A DNA stretch of 64,000 nucleotides from Narcine bancroftii. Its lineage: Eukaryota. Positions within the stretch are counted from its first letter, which is position 1. Each line of letters starts with the position of its first letter. A program made the translations under genes and the position numbers. The stretch is taken from positions 161,634,001-161,698,000 of the forward strand of contig NC_091470.1 of the NCBI RefSeq assembly GCF_036971445.1. The letters run 5' to 3'. The notes under the pieces were generated by a model. It was not told where the DNA came from. It made no database searches and saw nothing but the letters and a program-made list of their open reading frames with translations. Positions 48,223 to 60,659 of this stretch are shown piece after piece.

Positions 48223-49114
48223 TTCCTTTTAAACCTACGTATACCATAAAAGAGCTCCAGAAAGGATTGAAATAATGTTCTTGTGTGTTTTCCTTTTGCA
48301 AGCATAACAGCAATGGTTATCTATCCTCTTCATCTCCAAGTGACTTGAACGTTGAGATTAGTCATCTGTCATTTTCATTTCGTTCTGGCTATAAGCCCAA
48401 GTACAAAGCTCAGCTACACTGCACTCATATAATCTATCTATAGATTGTTTAAATCAAATCCTTAACCTGCCTGGCTGCCCAGTGGGAGTAGCAGGCTGCT
48501 AATGCCACGTTCATTTCAATAAATAAAGCCATTATGTAATGATTCAATTATTGATAAGCAAATCCACCATCCTCCTACATTATATATGTCAGTCTATTTA
48601 TCCCATCCTTTGAGAGGATGTTTTTTTGACCTTCACCTTTGCTGTTACATTGTGGTCAACAAGAATTTGAAATTGTGAGTACAGTCAGTCTCACTAGATT
48701 CCAAGGGCAAATACTTTGCGTTTTAAAAATTACCAGAGTGCTGTAAGGGGAGTGGGGATGCTCAGGTCTGACATGTCATTTATACTCACATCCTGGTATT
48801 GACAAGGACCCAGAGAATGGCACATCATGTTCAGTACAGAAACAGGTCATTTAGCTCAGCTGGTTTAGTCATTTTCTGCCTATTTCCCTTTTTTCTCTCT
48901 CTTCTTTCTCTCTTTTATATTAGTCTACGCCTTTTGTCTCCCCCTCCCATTGGTGTTTCTCCCTCTCTCTCTCCTCCTTCCTCTCTCTCTTTGTCTCTTA
49001 CTCTGAACAGAGAATACTCCATCACCACCCACCCTCACTCCATAATTGCCAAAACCAAAATTTCCATCTCCATTTTATGTAAGGATGTATTTCACGACCT
49101 CCACATTTATTTTG

Positions 49115-49427
49115 TGTTACATCCTACGAGTTCTGAGTTGTTGACTTATACTGGGACCAAGTTCTCCTGGAGACCAGGGTGGTTGATAAGAATTGGTCTT
49201 TAGTGCCACTATATAGTCAGGATAATGTGAACTATTTTGTAACCGCGTAAGAATACTCCCTTCTCACTGTAGTGCACCACTGTGGGGCGTATGTATATGT
49301 ATATATGAGTGTGTGAACAGTGCTCTGTGATGATGGAAGACATCAGTAAGTAAAATCTCTTCTGTTATTTGAATCTTGCATCTCTAAGTTATTTAAGAAG
49401 CCTCCCAAGAGACACAGAGACATAACA
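49115..49427 (+). mobile_element. Possible Gypsy-type solo LTR
   Basis: TGTTA...TAACA termini, TATA-rich centre, AGTAAA; no TSD found. Confidence 0.35.
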
Positions 49428-49974
49428 AGTACCTTGCCACAATTAGCATTCTTAGTATGTGAAACCAGACAGTAAAGATGACACCAGAAAAGGAAGGTTC
49501 ACAACAGAGCTTAACCAGGTCTCTTCTGGCCTTTGATAGCCTGAGGCTTTTGAGTGAGGTTTGCTTCACAGAACAGGCTGATTTTCCCGCCATCTACCTG
49601 ACATAGGTGGGGGAGTCTGGGAGTGTGTGAGCTGTAAACAAACAAACTGCAGCTATTGCCGTTGCCAGCAGATAATGGCATAGTCCGGGCAGAATCCCGT
49701 GACCTCATGAGATAGCCTCAATACCACCTTGCACTGTGGCATTTTGATCTCACAAACTGAAAGGTTTCTGAATCTAATGGAGCACATTTACATACACAGC
49801 ATCTTGGGCCTATTCTGTTGAAGCTTACCTTGATAAATATCGTCACTTGACAAATGAATTCACTGCTCAACTTGCAGGAGATTGCTTAGCATAGATCAAT
49901 CAATCACCAAGCTTTGGTTGTGGGATTAGCTTTGTTGTCTGTGTAGCTAACTTCTCTTTATTATTTCATTTCCC

Positions 49975-50131
49975 NNNNNNNNNNNNNNNNNNNNNNNNNN
50001 NNNNNNNNNNNNNNNNNNNNNNNNNNNNNNNNNNNNNNNNNNNNNNNNNNNNNNNNNNNNNNNNNNNNNNNNNNNNNNNNNNNNNNNNNNNNNNNNNNNN
50101 NNNNNNNNNNNNNNNNNNNNNNNNNNNNNNN
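49975..50131. other. Assembly gap (157 N)
   Basis: Run of N. Confidence 1.
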
Positions 50132-50889
50132 GTGTTTCAGGGTATGATTGAAATTACAGCTTTTGGATTTAGTCATGAAACTCTTTCTCTCTCTCACACT
50201 CACTCGCTCTCAACCCAGCTTAATTCAAAATGAAATATCTCCTTGTGACCAGGATGCTGTCGTGAGATCTATTTCAAAGTAAGGCATCATGACCAAGTCC
50301 GAAGTCAACATAACTTTGCCTTTTAGTTCATCCATTTCATCTTCTTTTCCCATATTATCCATTTGTGGGTGCTGTAGAGTTACCTGGGTGAAATGGACTT
50401 TTTTTTCAAGGTTTTTATTGATCATTTCCACTGAGATTTTCATGTGACCTGATCTCTGGTGTTATAATCACCCACTGCCTGTTCTGGGATTCTGGTCTCA
50501 GAGGTGACGGACCTGACAATGTGCCCCACCCTGGCTGCAGTCAAGCTGCAAACATGCAGAAGCTTTATGTCTGCAACCTGAGACATGATTGATTTCCATT
50601 CTCCACATTGCAATGCACCCAATACATCTTGAAATGTTGAACTGGAGCATGCCAAGTTGTGCCTTCCTACCATCAATTAACTCAGTGGACGGAGAAAAAA
50701 ATACTGGAATACTGCCAAGGTTAACAAGAGAGAGACTGGGAAAACTGGAGCAAGGCACAAAATGTGGTGGAACTCAGCAGGTCAAGAAGGCAAGAGATAA
50801 CATTATTTCCAAGATGCTGCCTCACCAGTGAGTTCCTCCAGCATTTTGAATGTTTCTCTGGAATATGGCTCCTTTGAAATGGTTGTCAT

Positions 50890-51606
50890 AACATCCAGTG
50901 ATCATTGGGGGGAGATCAGAGGTACAGCGGGTGAGCAAATTTAAGTTCTTGGGAGTCACTCTCTCGGTGGATCTTTCCTGGACCCAACACATTAATGGCA
51001 TCATGAAGAAACCATATCAACACCTCTACTTCCTCGAGAGTTTGTGGAGGTTTGGTGAGACATTGTAAACATTGGAAAATTTCTACAGATGTGTGGTGGA
51101 AAGTGTGCTGACCGGCTGCACCTCGGACTGGTATGGGGACACTGATACCCCAGAGTGTAAAGCCCTCTAAAAAAGTAGTGGACACACTCCAGGACTTCAC
51201 AGCAAAGCCCCACCATCGAGAACATCTACAGGGAACGCTGCTGTGAGAGAGCAGCAACAATCATCAAGGATTCACACCACCCAGCACACGCTCTATAGTC
51301 ATTGCTATCATCTCCTGAGGTATAGGTACCACAAAATTTGTACCACCAGGTTCAGGAACAGCTGTACCTCCTCCACTATCAGACTCCTCAACAACAAACA
51401 CAATCAGGGACTTATTTAAAGACTCTTACCTTTGCATTTCTTTGATTTTTTTTTCTCTCTCACTCTGTTGCACAGTCAGTTTGTTTACATGAGTATACTG
51501 AGTCAGTTAATTTTGCACTGCCAACAAGTGGCAATCTTGCCTCGCCCATGGGAAAAAGAATCTCAGGGTTGTAGTATGTAATCTGACATTAAATCTGAAA
51601 TCTGAA
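50890..51606 (+). mobile_element. Rex/Babar LINE 3' fragment, same family as 22215-22960
   Basis: FKFLGVTLS.DLSWTQH...HLYFL..L.RFG...FYRCVVESVLTGC; tail ATTAAATCTGAAATCTGA. Confidence 0.85.
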
Positions 51607-51651
51607 CATTAATTTCCTTGATTCTGTTCTACCATCATGCTTCATATAAGC

Positions 51652-52025
51652 CAGTGGTTCTCAACCTTTTTCTTTCCACTCACATACCAACTTAAGTATT
51701 CCTAGACCATAGATGCTCTGTGATTAGTAAGGGATGGCTTAAGGTGGGATGTCAGTGGAAATAAAAAGTTTGAAAACCACTGTTTTAATCGTACCTAATT
51801 GACTCGTTATGTGCACAGTTTCTGAACTCCAAAGGAAATGGGTCAGTGACAATTTTTCTCAAGCAAAATATTTCAGTAACAATTGGGTCTAGATCAATGA
51901 TTCTCAACCTTCCCTTCCCACTCACATGCCACCTTAAGCCATCCCTTACTAATCACAGAGCACCAATGGCATAGGGATTACTTAAACTAGTATCTGAGTG
52001 GAAAGAAAAAGGTTGAGAACCACTA
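51652..52025 (+). mobile_element. Composite hAT MITE, full copy
   Basis: Two ~131-bp palindromic units (51652-51782 and 51895-52025) in inverted orientation around a 112-bp spacer; TIR CAGTGGTTCTCAACC. Confidence 0.9.
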
Positions 52026-52989
52026 AGATTCTTCTCCATTTTGACTTTATAATTATAATTTATCAGATTTACTTCAGTGAAGTGTTTTTGACGTTACCCC
52101 TAAATAACACAGCTCTACTCTTACTCTACTCTCCTTCTGGATTCACCACCAAAATGTTTTTTTTCCTTTATCAACCTTATCAACTCTTTTAATCATTTTG
52201 AACATCTCCATCAGATGGCTCTCTATAATGAGAGCCTTGCAAAAATATTGTGGTTAAGTTAGTGCAACAGTTAGGCAACGGACCAATCTGAATGAATTTG
52301 AAGTAATGATCTATACATTTATGAGTGCAGTGTGATTGATGTGGTCTGTATGGACTACAGTGAGGCTTTTGACAAGGTCCCGCATGGGAGAACCTTCCAA
52401 AAGATTGGAGTCCATGATAAGTCAGTACATTGCCTCCTATTACCAAGCCAGTTTTGGATGCAGAGGGAGATGGTGGAGTTTAATTATTCCCAGTCTGATC
52501 GTTTTACACAGACTACATTCCATGAAATTGGGAATCATTTCCTAGAAGGCAGCGGCTGTGTAAAAAAAAACCTCTGGGTATCTACAAGCTTCATAGCAAA
52601 TTCGGCTAGAGCCCTAACACACTGTATGGATTCACAACCACAGATAGCTCCTGGACTTCTGTCTCAAGTTCTTGATCTGTTAACATTGGCTAGAGAATAA
52701 GTAATCCTGCAGCAAGAAGCAAAAACCTCCCATCAGCACTGGCCGTACAGGAATAGCCAACTCAAAGGTTCAGGATGAAAATTGGATGTTGTTAATTAAG
52801 GTGAAATTTACTGAACATTTTCAAAGAGGAAGGTATCAAAAAACATATTAAAAAGAGAGTGATTGGGGAAGTCGCAAAGTCCTTGCAACTGATGGGCAGC
52901 TGTGCAGAGGAAGAAGAAAACGAAAGGAATTTGAAGGAGCTAATCTCCCTAAATGTGCTGACTACTTCCAGAGCAATTTCTGTGGTTCA

Positions 52990-53310
52990 TTTCAGATTTA
53001 TTGTCAGAGTATATACATGACAATTACTACAGCACTGAGATTCCTTTTTCCTGTGGGCACAGCAGAATTGCCCCTAATTGGAGGTGCAAAAGAAAACTCT
53101 ACACGACATAAAGATGTAAACAAACTGATTGCTGATTGGTGTAATACAGCAAGAACAAAAAGAAAATCAAAGAAGTGCAGAAGTAAGGGTCTCTGATTGA
53201 GGAGTCTGATGATGGAGGGTGGCAGCAGTTACTGAACCTGGTGGGGTGAGTCTTGTGGCACCTGCACCTCTTTCCCAATGACAGCAGCGAGAGCAGGGAG
53301 CCTGCTGATA
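52990..53310 (-). mobile_element. Rex/Babar LINE 3' end
   Basis: TTCAGATTTATTGTCAGAG tail (reverse complement) and SLLSLGKRCRCHKTHPTRFSN remnant. Confidence 0.8.
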
Positions 53311-53339
53311 GTGATCTAGGAAATTCCAGCATACTAAAT

Positions 53340-53597
53340 TTTTTAAATTAAATTTAAACATACAACATGGTAACAGGCCATTTTGGCCCAGGGGTCCATG
53401 CCACCCACTTTTAACCTACACCCCCGGTACGTTTTTGAAGAGTGGGAGGAAACCAGAGCCGTCGGTGAAAACCCACGCAGACACAGGGAGGACGCACCAA
53501 CTCCTTACAGACAGCATGGGATTCAACCCCATGTCTGGTCCCAATCGCTGGCGCCGTAAAGGCATTGCGCTAACCCGCTACACCAACCACACTGCCC
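53340..53597 (-). mobile_element. V-SINE (HE1-like)
   Basis: Reverse complement of the 1622 element: GTGGGAGGAAACCAGAGC...ACCCACGCAGACACAGGGAG...GGGATTCAACC. Confidence 0.85.
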
Positions 53598-54964
53598 TAT
53601 TGGCCCAGCTTTAATGGAGTAATTGCAATATAATTCCAACTCACGTGGAGTACGATGTGCAGTGAATCCAGGAGATGATAGCGTTCCTATTACATCGCTT
53701 CTCTTGTCCTCCCTATCCTTGCTATCATTTTGTTAAAGAATTCTATTATGTTGGTCAAGCATGACCTACATTTTTGAAAGCCTTGCCAGCTCATTGTGCT
53801 TAACTCGCATTTCCTCAGGAGCTCTGCAGCTTTATCCTTGCTGTGCTTTCATTTATTCCTAGTACCTCATCGTTCTCTAGTCCTGTAATCATTTTCTGTA
53901 CATCACTCTACAACTTGCATTTTCCCCCACCCCCCCTTTGGTTGTGATTCTCTTCCCTGTCTTCCTATCTTCTGATTTCCCAAATTGTCTTGCCCCATTT
54001 TACTTCCCACCTTTCAATCTTTCCTGTGGAGAGCTAGAGTTCCTTTATTTCGATTCAATTTCTGCCTTGACTGTGATAACATCATGTACTCATGGGAAGA
54101 ATTAATGCAGGGAAAATAACTCCAAGTGCTCAACAAACAATCTGGCACAAAGGCACATATTAAAATGGATATATATTTAGGATAAATTCTAACACCTGGG
54201 GCCTAAATTATTGAAGGCACATCATCAATTGCAGAGTGCTAAAATTCAAGGTCACTCAAGAGGTCAGGATTGAAGGTGCCCTCTAATGCCTTGCATCCTT
54301 GCTGGAAATTGTCGAGATGGCAGATGAGGCGGCACAATTAAAAAATGAAGAAGAGCTTAACTTGAACGGTTGGGTGTGAGGAAATGATGAACAAGTAAGG
54401 ACACGGGTGGAGTTTTTAGATGATCTGGATGGTCAAGGGTGGGAGGCCAGCTGGAATAGCAGTGGGGTATTCAAAGGTACCGCTAATGCTTCAGCTGAAG
54501 TCAGTTGTAACTCAGCAAAAACACAAAAAGTTTACAATCTCTCAACTCAGCAAGCCGAGGAACCTCAGGAAGCGATACACAGATTTTAGATCTTGGTGGT
54601 AGTCAATATTAAGTTTTTTTTGTCAAGACAATGCGCCAGAGATTCCAATTAATTTTTTAAAAAAACAGAAGTTGCCCAAGCACTCCAAGGGTCAGGTAGC
54701 ATCAGAAAACACAGTTAGTATTTCCTTTCCTGCTTCTTTAACCATAGATGCTGCCTGCGGGTTCTTTTTATTTGGTGCAAATTTAGAAACTCAACCAGTT
54801 TTGACAAAGTACGTAACAAGATACTCGTGCCAAATCCTGGGGAATATCGGAATAGCTGAGCATGTGGGGGGGTTCGCTGGAATAAACACCCTGCTGCGAC
54901 TGAAATTCACCACATCTTTCTCAAAAGTAAATCGCAACAATCTGCGGGCACGGTGGTCGAAGTA

Positions 54965-55207
54965 AAGTTAAAGATACATAACCGACGTTTCGGGCTTGAG
55001 CCCTTCCTTCAAAGCATGAGAAAATGCCGGCATTTTCAAATGAGTCTGGGGGAGGAAGGTTGCCAAGTGTTTTGTTCAGATGCCTGCCGGCATTTTCTCA
55101 TACTTTGACGAAGGGCTCAAGCCCGAAACCTTGGTTATTATCTTTCCCTTGCTACATAAAGGACACTGTTTGACCTGCTGAGTTTCTCCAGCGTTTTGTG
55201 TTTTTAC
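54965..55207. mobile_element. Palindromic mini-Penelope remnant (two inverted pseudo-LTR arms)
   Basis: Arms at about 54970-55032 and 55085-55147 are reverse complements, each containing the GAAGGGCTCAAGCCCGAAAC motif. Confidence 0.8.
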
Positions 55208-55614
55208 ATCACTCCCAAAGGGCACTGTGGAAACAGATAGATAATTCCACTTACTGCTAGAACTAATTTTCTCCTCACAGAACCACAACAATATAGTGTT
55301 TTCATTTCTCCACACCGAGGTGACCAACCAAGATTTGATACCAAGCCACAAGATGTCAGTATTGGTGACATGAGCTTGATTGATAAAAAGATGAGAGGAA
55401 GTTGGAGGGAAAATTCTGGAACTTTTGGGTCTGGGTAGCTGAAGGTGGAAAAAGGGAAAATTAGAGATGTGCAAGTGTCCAGGCTTGCTGGAACACAAAA
55501 TGACAGTAAGCATGAAAAAGAAGTTTGAGACCAAGACGGGGTATAAAAATAAGAATTCCAAACATGATGCATCACTGCACTGTTCCAAAGGGAAAACCAA
55601 AGGGGAATCATTCT

Positions 55615-56790
55615 GGAACATAAGAACCTAAAAGAAATGGGACCAGGAGTCAGCTATCTGGCCCATCGAGCCTGCACTGCCATCCATTAATGTTGGGAAA
55701 GAGAGGAGGATCAGAGCCAGCACCACCAGGCTGAGGAACAGCTTCTGCCCACGGCCTCACACTAACAATCTGAGACTCTCATTTGTACCACATAATATTT
55801 ATTTTTATAGCTATAATACCTGCCTGCATATGTATTATGTGTATTATGCCTGGTTGTGTGTCTGCCTGTTTTTGCACCGAAGTTCGGAGAACACAAACTT
55901 GACTTGAATGAGATTGAGACGGATTGGCCATAGATTTAACACCACCTGTCTACCTTTTCCCCATGACCTTTCATTTCAGTATTGTGCAAACATCCATCGA
56001 ACTGTGCCTTACATATATTTAAGGAGCCAGCCTCCCCTGCTTTCTACAGAGAATTCTGCAGATTCACTACTCTCTGTGTGGCAGCGGGGACTGTGGAAGT
56101 ACTGGAGGCCAATCTACAGACTCTCAGTGACTCTGGGAGGACTCTCTTTTGCTTCTCTGACTGACTAAGTCTAACTGTAAGAGGTGCTTAGGCAATTCCT
56201 GCTGGTGGCAGATCTGTCTGCCTTGCAGCAAGCAAAAAGAAATTTCATGCAGTACAACACTGTTTTATACTATGATAATAAAATCAGTCTTGAAATCTCT
56301 CTGGGAAAAACAGTTCCTTTTCAAATCTATCCTAAATCTTGAGGCTATGTTCATTAGTTCTAGTCTCACCTACAAATGGGTAAACTTTCCTGCCTCCATC
56401 TTATCTGTTCCTTTGTTTTTTTTTGTGTTTCTGTAATATTCCCTCACATTCTTCTGAATTGCAGCGAGTGTAATCTCAGGCCACTGAATCACTCCTCATG
56501 GACAAACCCTCATCATCTCTGGAACCAACTTGATAAACTTCCTCTGCATCTCCTCCGCAAAGCCAGAATATCTTTTTCAAGTAAGGAGACCAGAATTGCA
56601 TGCAGTACTCCAGGTGGGGCCTCTCCAGTACTCTGTACAGAACCTCCCTGAAATCCCTCCAGCAATGAAAACCAACATTCCATTTGCTTTCTTGACTACC
56701 TGCTGTACTTTTTGTGATTCATGCACAAGCACTTCCAAGAACTTCTGTACAACAGCTTGCTGCAGCTTTTTCTCCATTTAAATCTCTTAC
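55615..56790 (-). mobile_element. CR1 3' fragment with a nested Rex 3' end (about 55695-55910) and a non-autonomous element (about 56075-56297)
   Basis: VLVHESQKVQQVVKKANGMLVFIA; (GAACATAA)n tail at 55616; the nested pieces have their own tails. Confidence 0.75.
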
Positions 56791-57117
56791 CAGATAACTT
56801 TAGAAGGGGTTAGAATTTGTAGTATTGTTCAATAGTTATTTTTTTAAATATTTTCTCATATATTGTGATTGTTTAAGTGTTTGCTACTTCTTTGTCTGTT
56901 TGACTGTTATGTATTGAGTTTTTTTATAATGGGCTTGATGTTTCTTATATACCAGTAACTGCTTTTTTTCTGTATCTTCCTTTTATTATTGATTAATGGC
57001 TTTTACTTATGTACTATTTCTATAAAATCCAATATAAACATTGAAAACGAAAAGAAATAATAATCTGATCTATTTTTTCTTCCAAAGTGATGACTTCATA
57101 TTTATAAACCTCACTCT

Positions 57118-57372
57118 TTTAAAACAAAATGTAGACATACAGCACTTTAACAGGCATTTTTGGCCCGAGGAGTCTGTGCTACCCAATTTACACCCCATTA
57201 ATCTACACCCCAGTACATTTTTGAATGATGGGAGGAAACCGGAACCCCTGTAGAAAACCCACGCAGACACGAACAAACTCCTTTCAGACAGCGCAGGATT
57301 CAAACCCAGGGCTAGTCCTGATCGCTGGTGCTGTAAAGGTTGCATTGACCTCTACGCCAACTGTGCCACCCC
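57118..57372 (-). mobile_element. V-SINE (HE1-like)
   Basis: GGGAGGAAACCGGAAC...AAAACCCACGCAGACACG...GGATTCAAACCC (reverse-complement B box). Confidence 0.85.
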
Positions 57373-57764
57373 TTCGTCTACCAAACAAGAAAGTCTGCAG
57401 ACACTGAGATTGTCATTTATGCAAAAATGCTGGAAAAATGGCATTTTTAAACGGAAACCAGAATTATTCCCAAAAAAAATAACATACTTACCTCTGGTGT
57501 GTCCTGATGTGGTTGTTTACACAGCCTTCCTGTGTTCCAGAGTTTGTCAGAGGGGGAACGTTGCATTCATTAGGCCTGTTTCTTATGGAGTGGCTGCGGT
57601 CAATTTACACTGCAGCTGCTCCGTAAAAATGTGTTGGGGTACGAGTGGAAAAATTATGGGATGGAATTTGCATTTAAAAATTCTGTCCTGACATTTTTAC
57701 ACTGACAACGGAGGGGAAATTTTCTGCTGTACAGTGGCTGTGTAAAAGTGACTAAAGACAAAGG

Positions 57765-59005
57765 CACTGAGCCCTTCATCAAGGTATGAGCAAAAAGCTG
57801 GTAGGTGTCTGAATTAAAAGGCTAGGGAGAAGGGAAGAATGGGCAGGGAGAGGAGTACAGATCAACAGACAAAAGGTGTTAACTAGCTATGAAGAGTAAG
57901 ACAGGAGAGGGGAAAGGTGAGAATTTATTGAGGGAGGGACGGGGTGTTTTGGCTCCCTGAAAACAGCTGGAAGAAATGAACAGACAGAAAGAGAGACAGA
58001 GCTTACACATACAGTTAGATGAGGGGGTTGGGGGGGGGGGCAGTGGATGGATTGGCAACTAATGGAAACTGGAGAAATCTATGTCAATGCCATTTGGTTG
58101 GAAGGTGTCCAGATGGAATGTGACATGTCGTTCCTTCAATTTGCGACTGGTCTCAGCCTGGCAGTGTGGGAAAGGACAGACATGTCAGCTGTATGGAGCA
58201 GGGAATTGAAATGGGTGACCACTGGCAGATCCCCACCATTGTGGCAGGCAGAGTGGAGGAGCTCAACAAAGCGATGTCCCTGTCAGCATCCAGTCTCTCC
58301 GATATAGAGGAGACCAAAATGGGAGCATCAGATGGATGACCCCCCTGGAGATACTCGTTAAGTGTTGCTTCCCTTGGAAGGACTGTTTGGGTCTCCAAAT
58401 GGAGGTGAGGGAGGAGGTGTATTATTATTTTGGGCCCTAAATGGAGGTTAGTGAAGAATAGCACCTCATGTCTGGGCAACCTCCAACCAGATGGCATTGA
58501 CATGAATTTCTCTGATTTCTATCAAATTTCCCCCCCCCCCTTTAATCCTCTCTCCTTTCATCTCTATCTCCTTTTCACTCTGTCTCCTTGCCTCCAGCCC
58601 TGAATTCACATAGCTTAACCCCTCCCCCAATCAAGTCATTATTTTCACTATGGACGTCTAATCTCTATACAGCTCCATCCCCCATACTGAAGGTTTCAAA
58701 GCCTTTTTGTTTCTTTCTCAACAATACACCTAACAAGTTCCCCTCCAACACCACCCTCTTCTGCCTGGCAGAAGTTGTTCTCACTCTCAATAACTACTTT
58801 TTTGAGTCATCCCATGCCTTCCATTAAGGGGTTGCCACGGATGCCCTCATGGTCCTAACTATGCCTGCCTTTTTGCTGGCTATGTCCAGCAATCCATGCC
58901 ACAAGCCTACACAGGCAAGGTCCCTCAACTCTTCCTCTATTACAGTGACAATTACATTGGTGCTGCCTCGGGCATCTATGATGAGCTCGTCAACTTTATC
59001 CACTT
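57765..59005. mobile_element. Rearranged Penelope-like element (minus arm 57765-58420, plus arm 58430-59005)
   Basis: GIY-YIG end in both orientations; RT remnant PSNTTLFCLAEVVLTLNNYFFESSH...GVAT. Confidence 0.75.
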
Positions 59006-59379
59006 TGATGGAGGGCTTAGGCTCAGCATTTTTGTGTGAACCTCTACCAGACCCTTGCCCATTCATTTAACCTATCTTTATTCTTCTGATCTGCACTGCC
59101 CTGAAGCTTTGCCAACTGATAGATTTCAGACTTGCTGAAGTAGAAATCTGGGAGTAAGTCATCCTCTAAGGTCCTTGGTCTTTGGTAGTGTATGAATAAA
59201 GAGGGAGACAGATAGATACAAAATTTTACAATGTATTTCTTGCAAACATGCTTTCATTTAGATAACATAAAACAGACTGGAAATTTCCCCTCCAAAGTCA
59301 AAGGAGGGAGTGAAGTTTTTATTTTTCTGAACAAGTATTGTGGAATAAGGCTACAAGAATAGGCAAATGTGTTCCATTA

Positions 59380-59987
59380 CACTTGAGAACAATTTTTTTT
59401 TCAAAAGGTTTGCTTCCTGAAAAGAAAATTGGGGATTATGACAGACAACTTTCAGCTGAACACAAGATAATTTTGGATTTGCTGTATCACATGGGAAGTT
59501 GGAGAAACAGTAGTTTCACTTTCATTGAATTTAGCAGGTTTAATTGCATAATGATGCTGACATATTGTTAGTTCAACTGAGCTAAAATGTTTTGCCGCTG
59601 ATTTTCATTTGTACTCAGCATCTGATGCCACTCATGTCAGTGTCACACAGTACTTGGCCAGCATTGATGGATTCCAGTTGCCCTGATATCGCTTTTCCAT
59701 GGTCGCAATGTCCCAGTGAAACCCTTCCCCATGGTCATCAATGACTACACCAAGATCAGCAGGGAAGAAATCAAAGTGCAGAAAATGAATTTTCAATGAC
59801 ATGTTGCATTTCGTGGTTTTGTAGCTTGAAGTAGGTTTAAAATATGTCAGGAAATCACAAAAATAGATTACATCTAAAAAAAAGGTACATGATAGAAAAA
59901 TCTTATGCTGATTTTCGTGATCAACAGCCCAAAATCCATAAAATACACCCAAAAATATTCAGGAGGCAAAGTCTTTGTTGTCCAGTT
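59380..59987 (-). mobile_element. Chapaev3-like non-autonomous transposon, copy 3
   Basis: TTA|CAC start, TTGTTGTCCAGT end; CNMSLKIHFLHFDFFPADLGVVIDDHGEGFHWDIATMEKRYQGNWNPSMLAKYC. Confidence 0.72.
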
Positions 59988-60659
59988 TTCCTTGAAGTTA
60001 TTGTGAGCAATTCATTATGCAGTGACAGGAAAGTTTACCCCAATGACAGCTCGACTGTGGACATATTTTCTCAGGTGGTAAGAAAAGGTTGTTGTAACTT
60101 TAGAGTTCCTTTTATGAGGAACATTTTGACAGAAGCATATTGGGATTTGCATTACATAGAATCTGTAGAAATACTTTAATGCTGCATTCAATAAAATGAA
60201 ATACATCGATTAATTAAAAGTTGTATTTGCATGTGGCCAAGCTTGAAGAAAACATTTGCTAACTATCTATATTACTAGGCCTGGACTGCTGTATGTCCAG
60301 TTATATTGGCAATTATAAAATAAGAGAGTTCGCACATCTCCAAAAATCAAAAGTATAGTTAAAAATGTATCATTTGAGGAAAGCCAAGGCTCTTTGAACA
60401 CGCTGAGAGACTTGCAACAGAGAGAGAAAACGAGACATGTATGGATTCCAATATCTTCTAAATGTTCATGAACAATGCTATTATAAAATAAAAGCTCCGG
60501 GCCAGAGTTTTATCTGAGAAGTGTTTTAAAACACTGGCGTTCAGTGTTGGCTATGTATTGAGAAGTTTTTAGTATTTTTTTTATTTCTTAGTGATGGATT
60601 GGCAGTGTAAAATTTACTCTTTCACTAAAAGCAAACTAGCATATACTCTTTCTAATGGC

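Noticed and set aside
48885-49005. Hydrophobic 134-aa ORF (48799-49203) as a membrane protein
   Set aside because: Driven by a CT-rich low-complexity tract.
49961-50203. ORF spanning X residues
   Set aside because: Artefact of the N gap.
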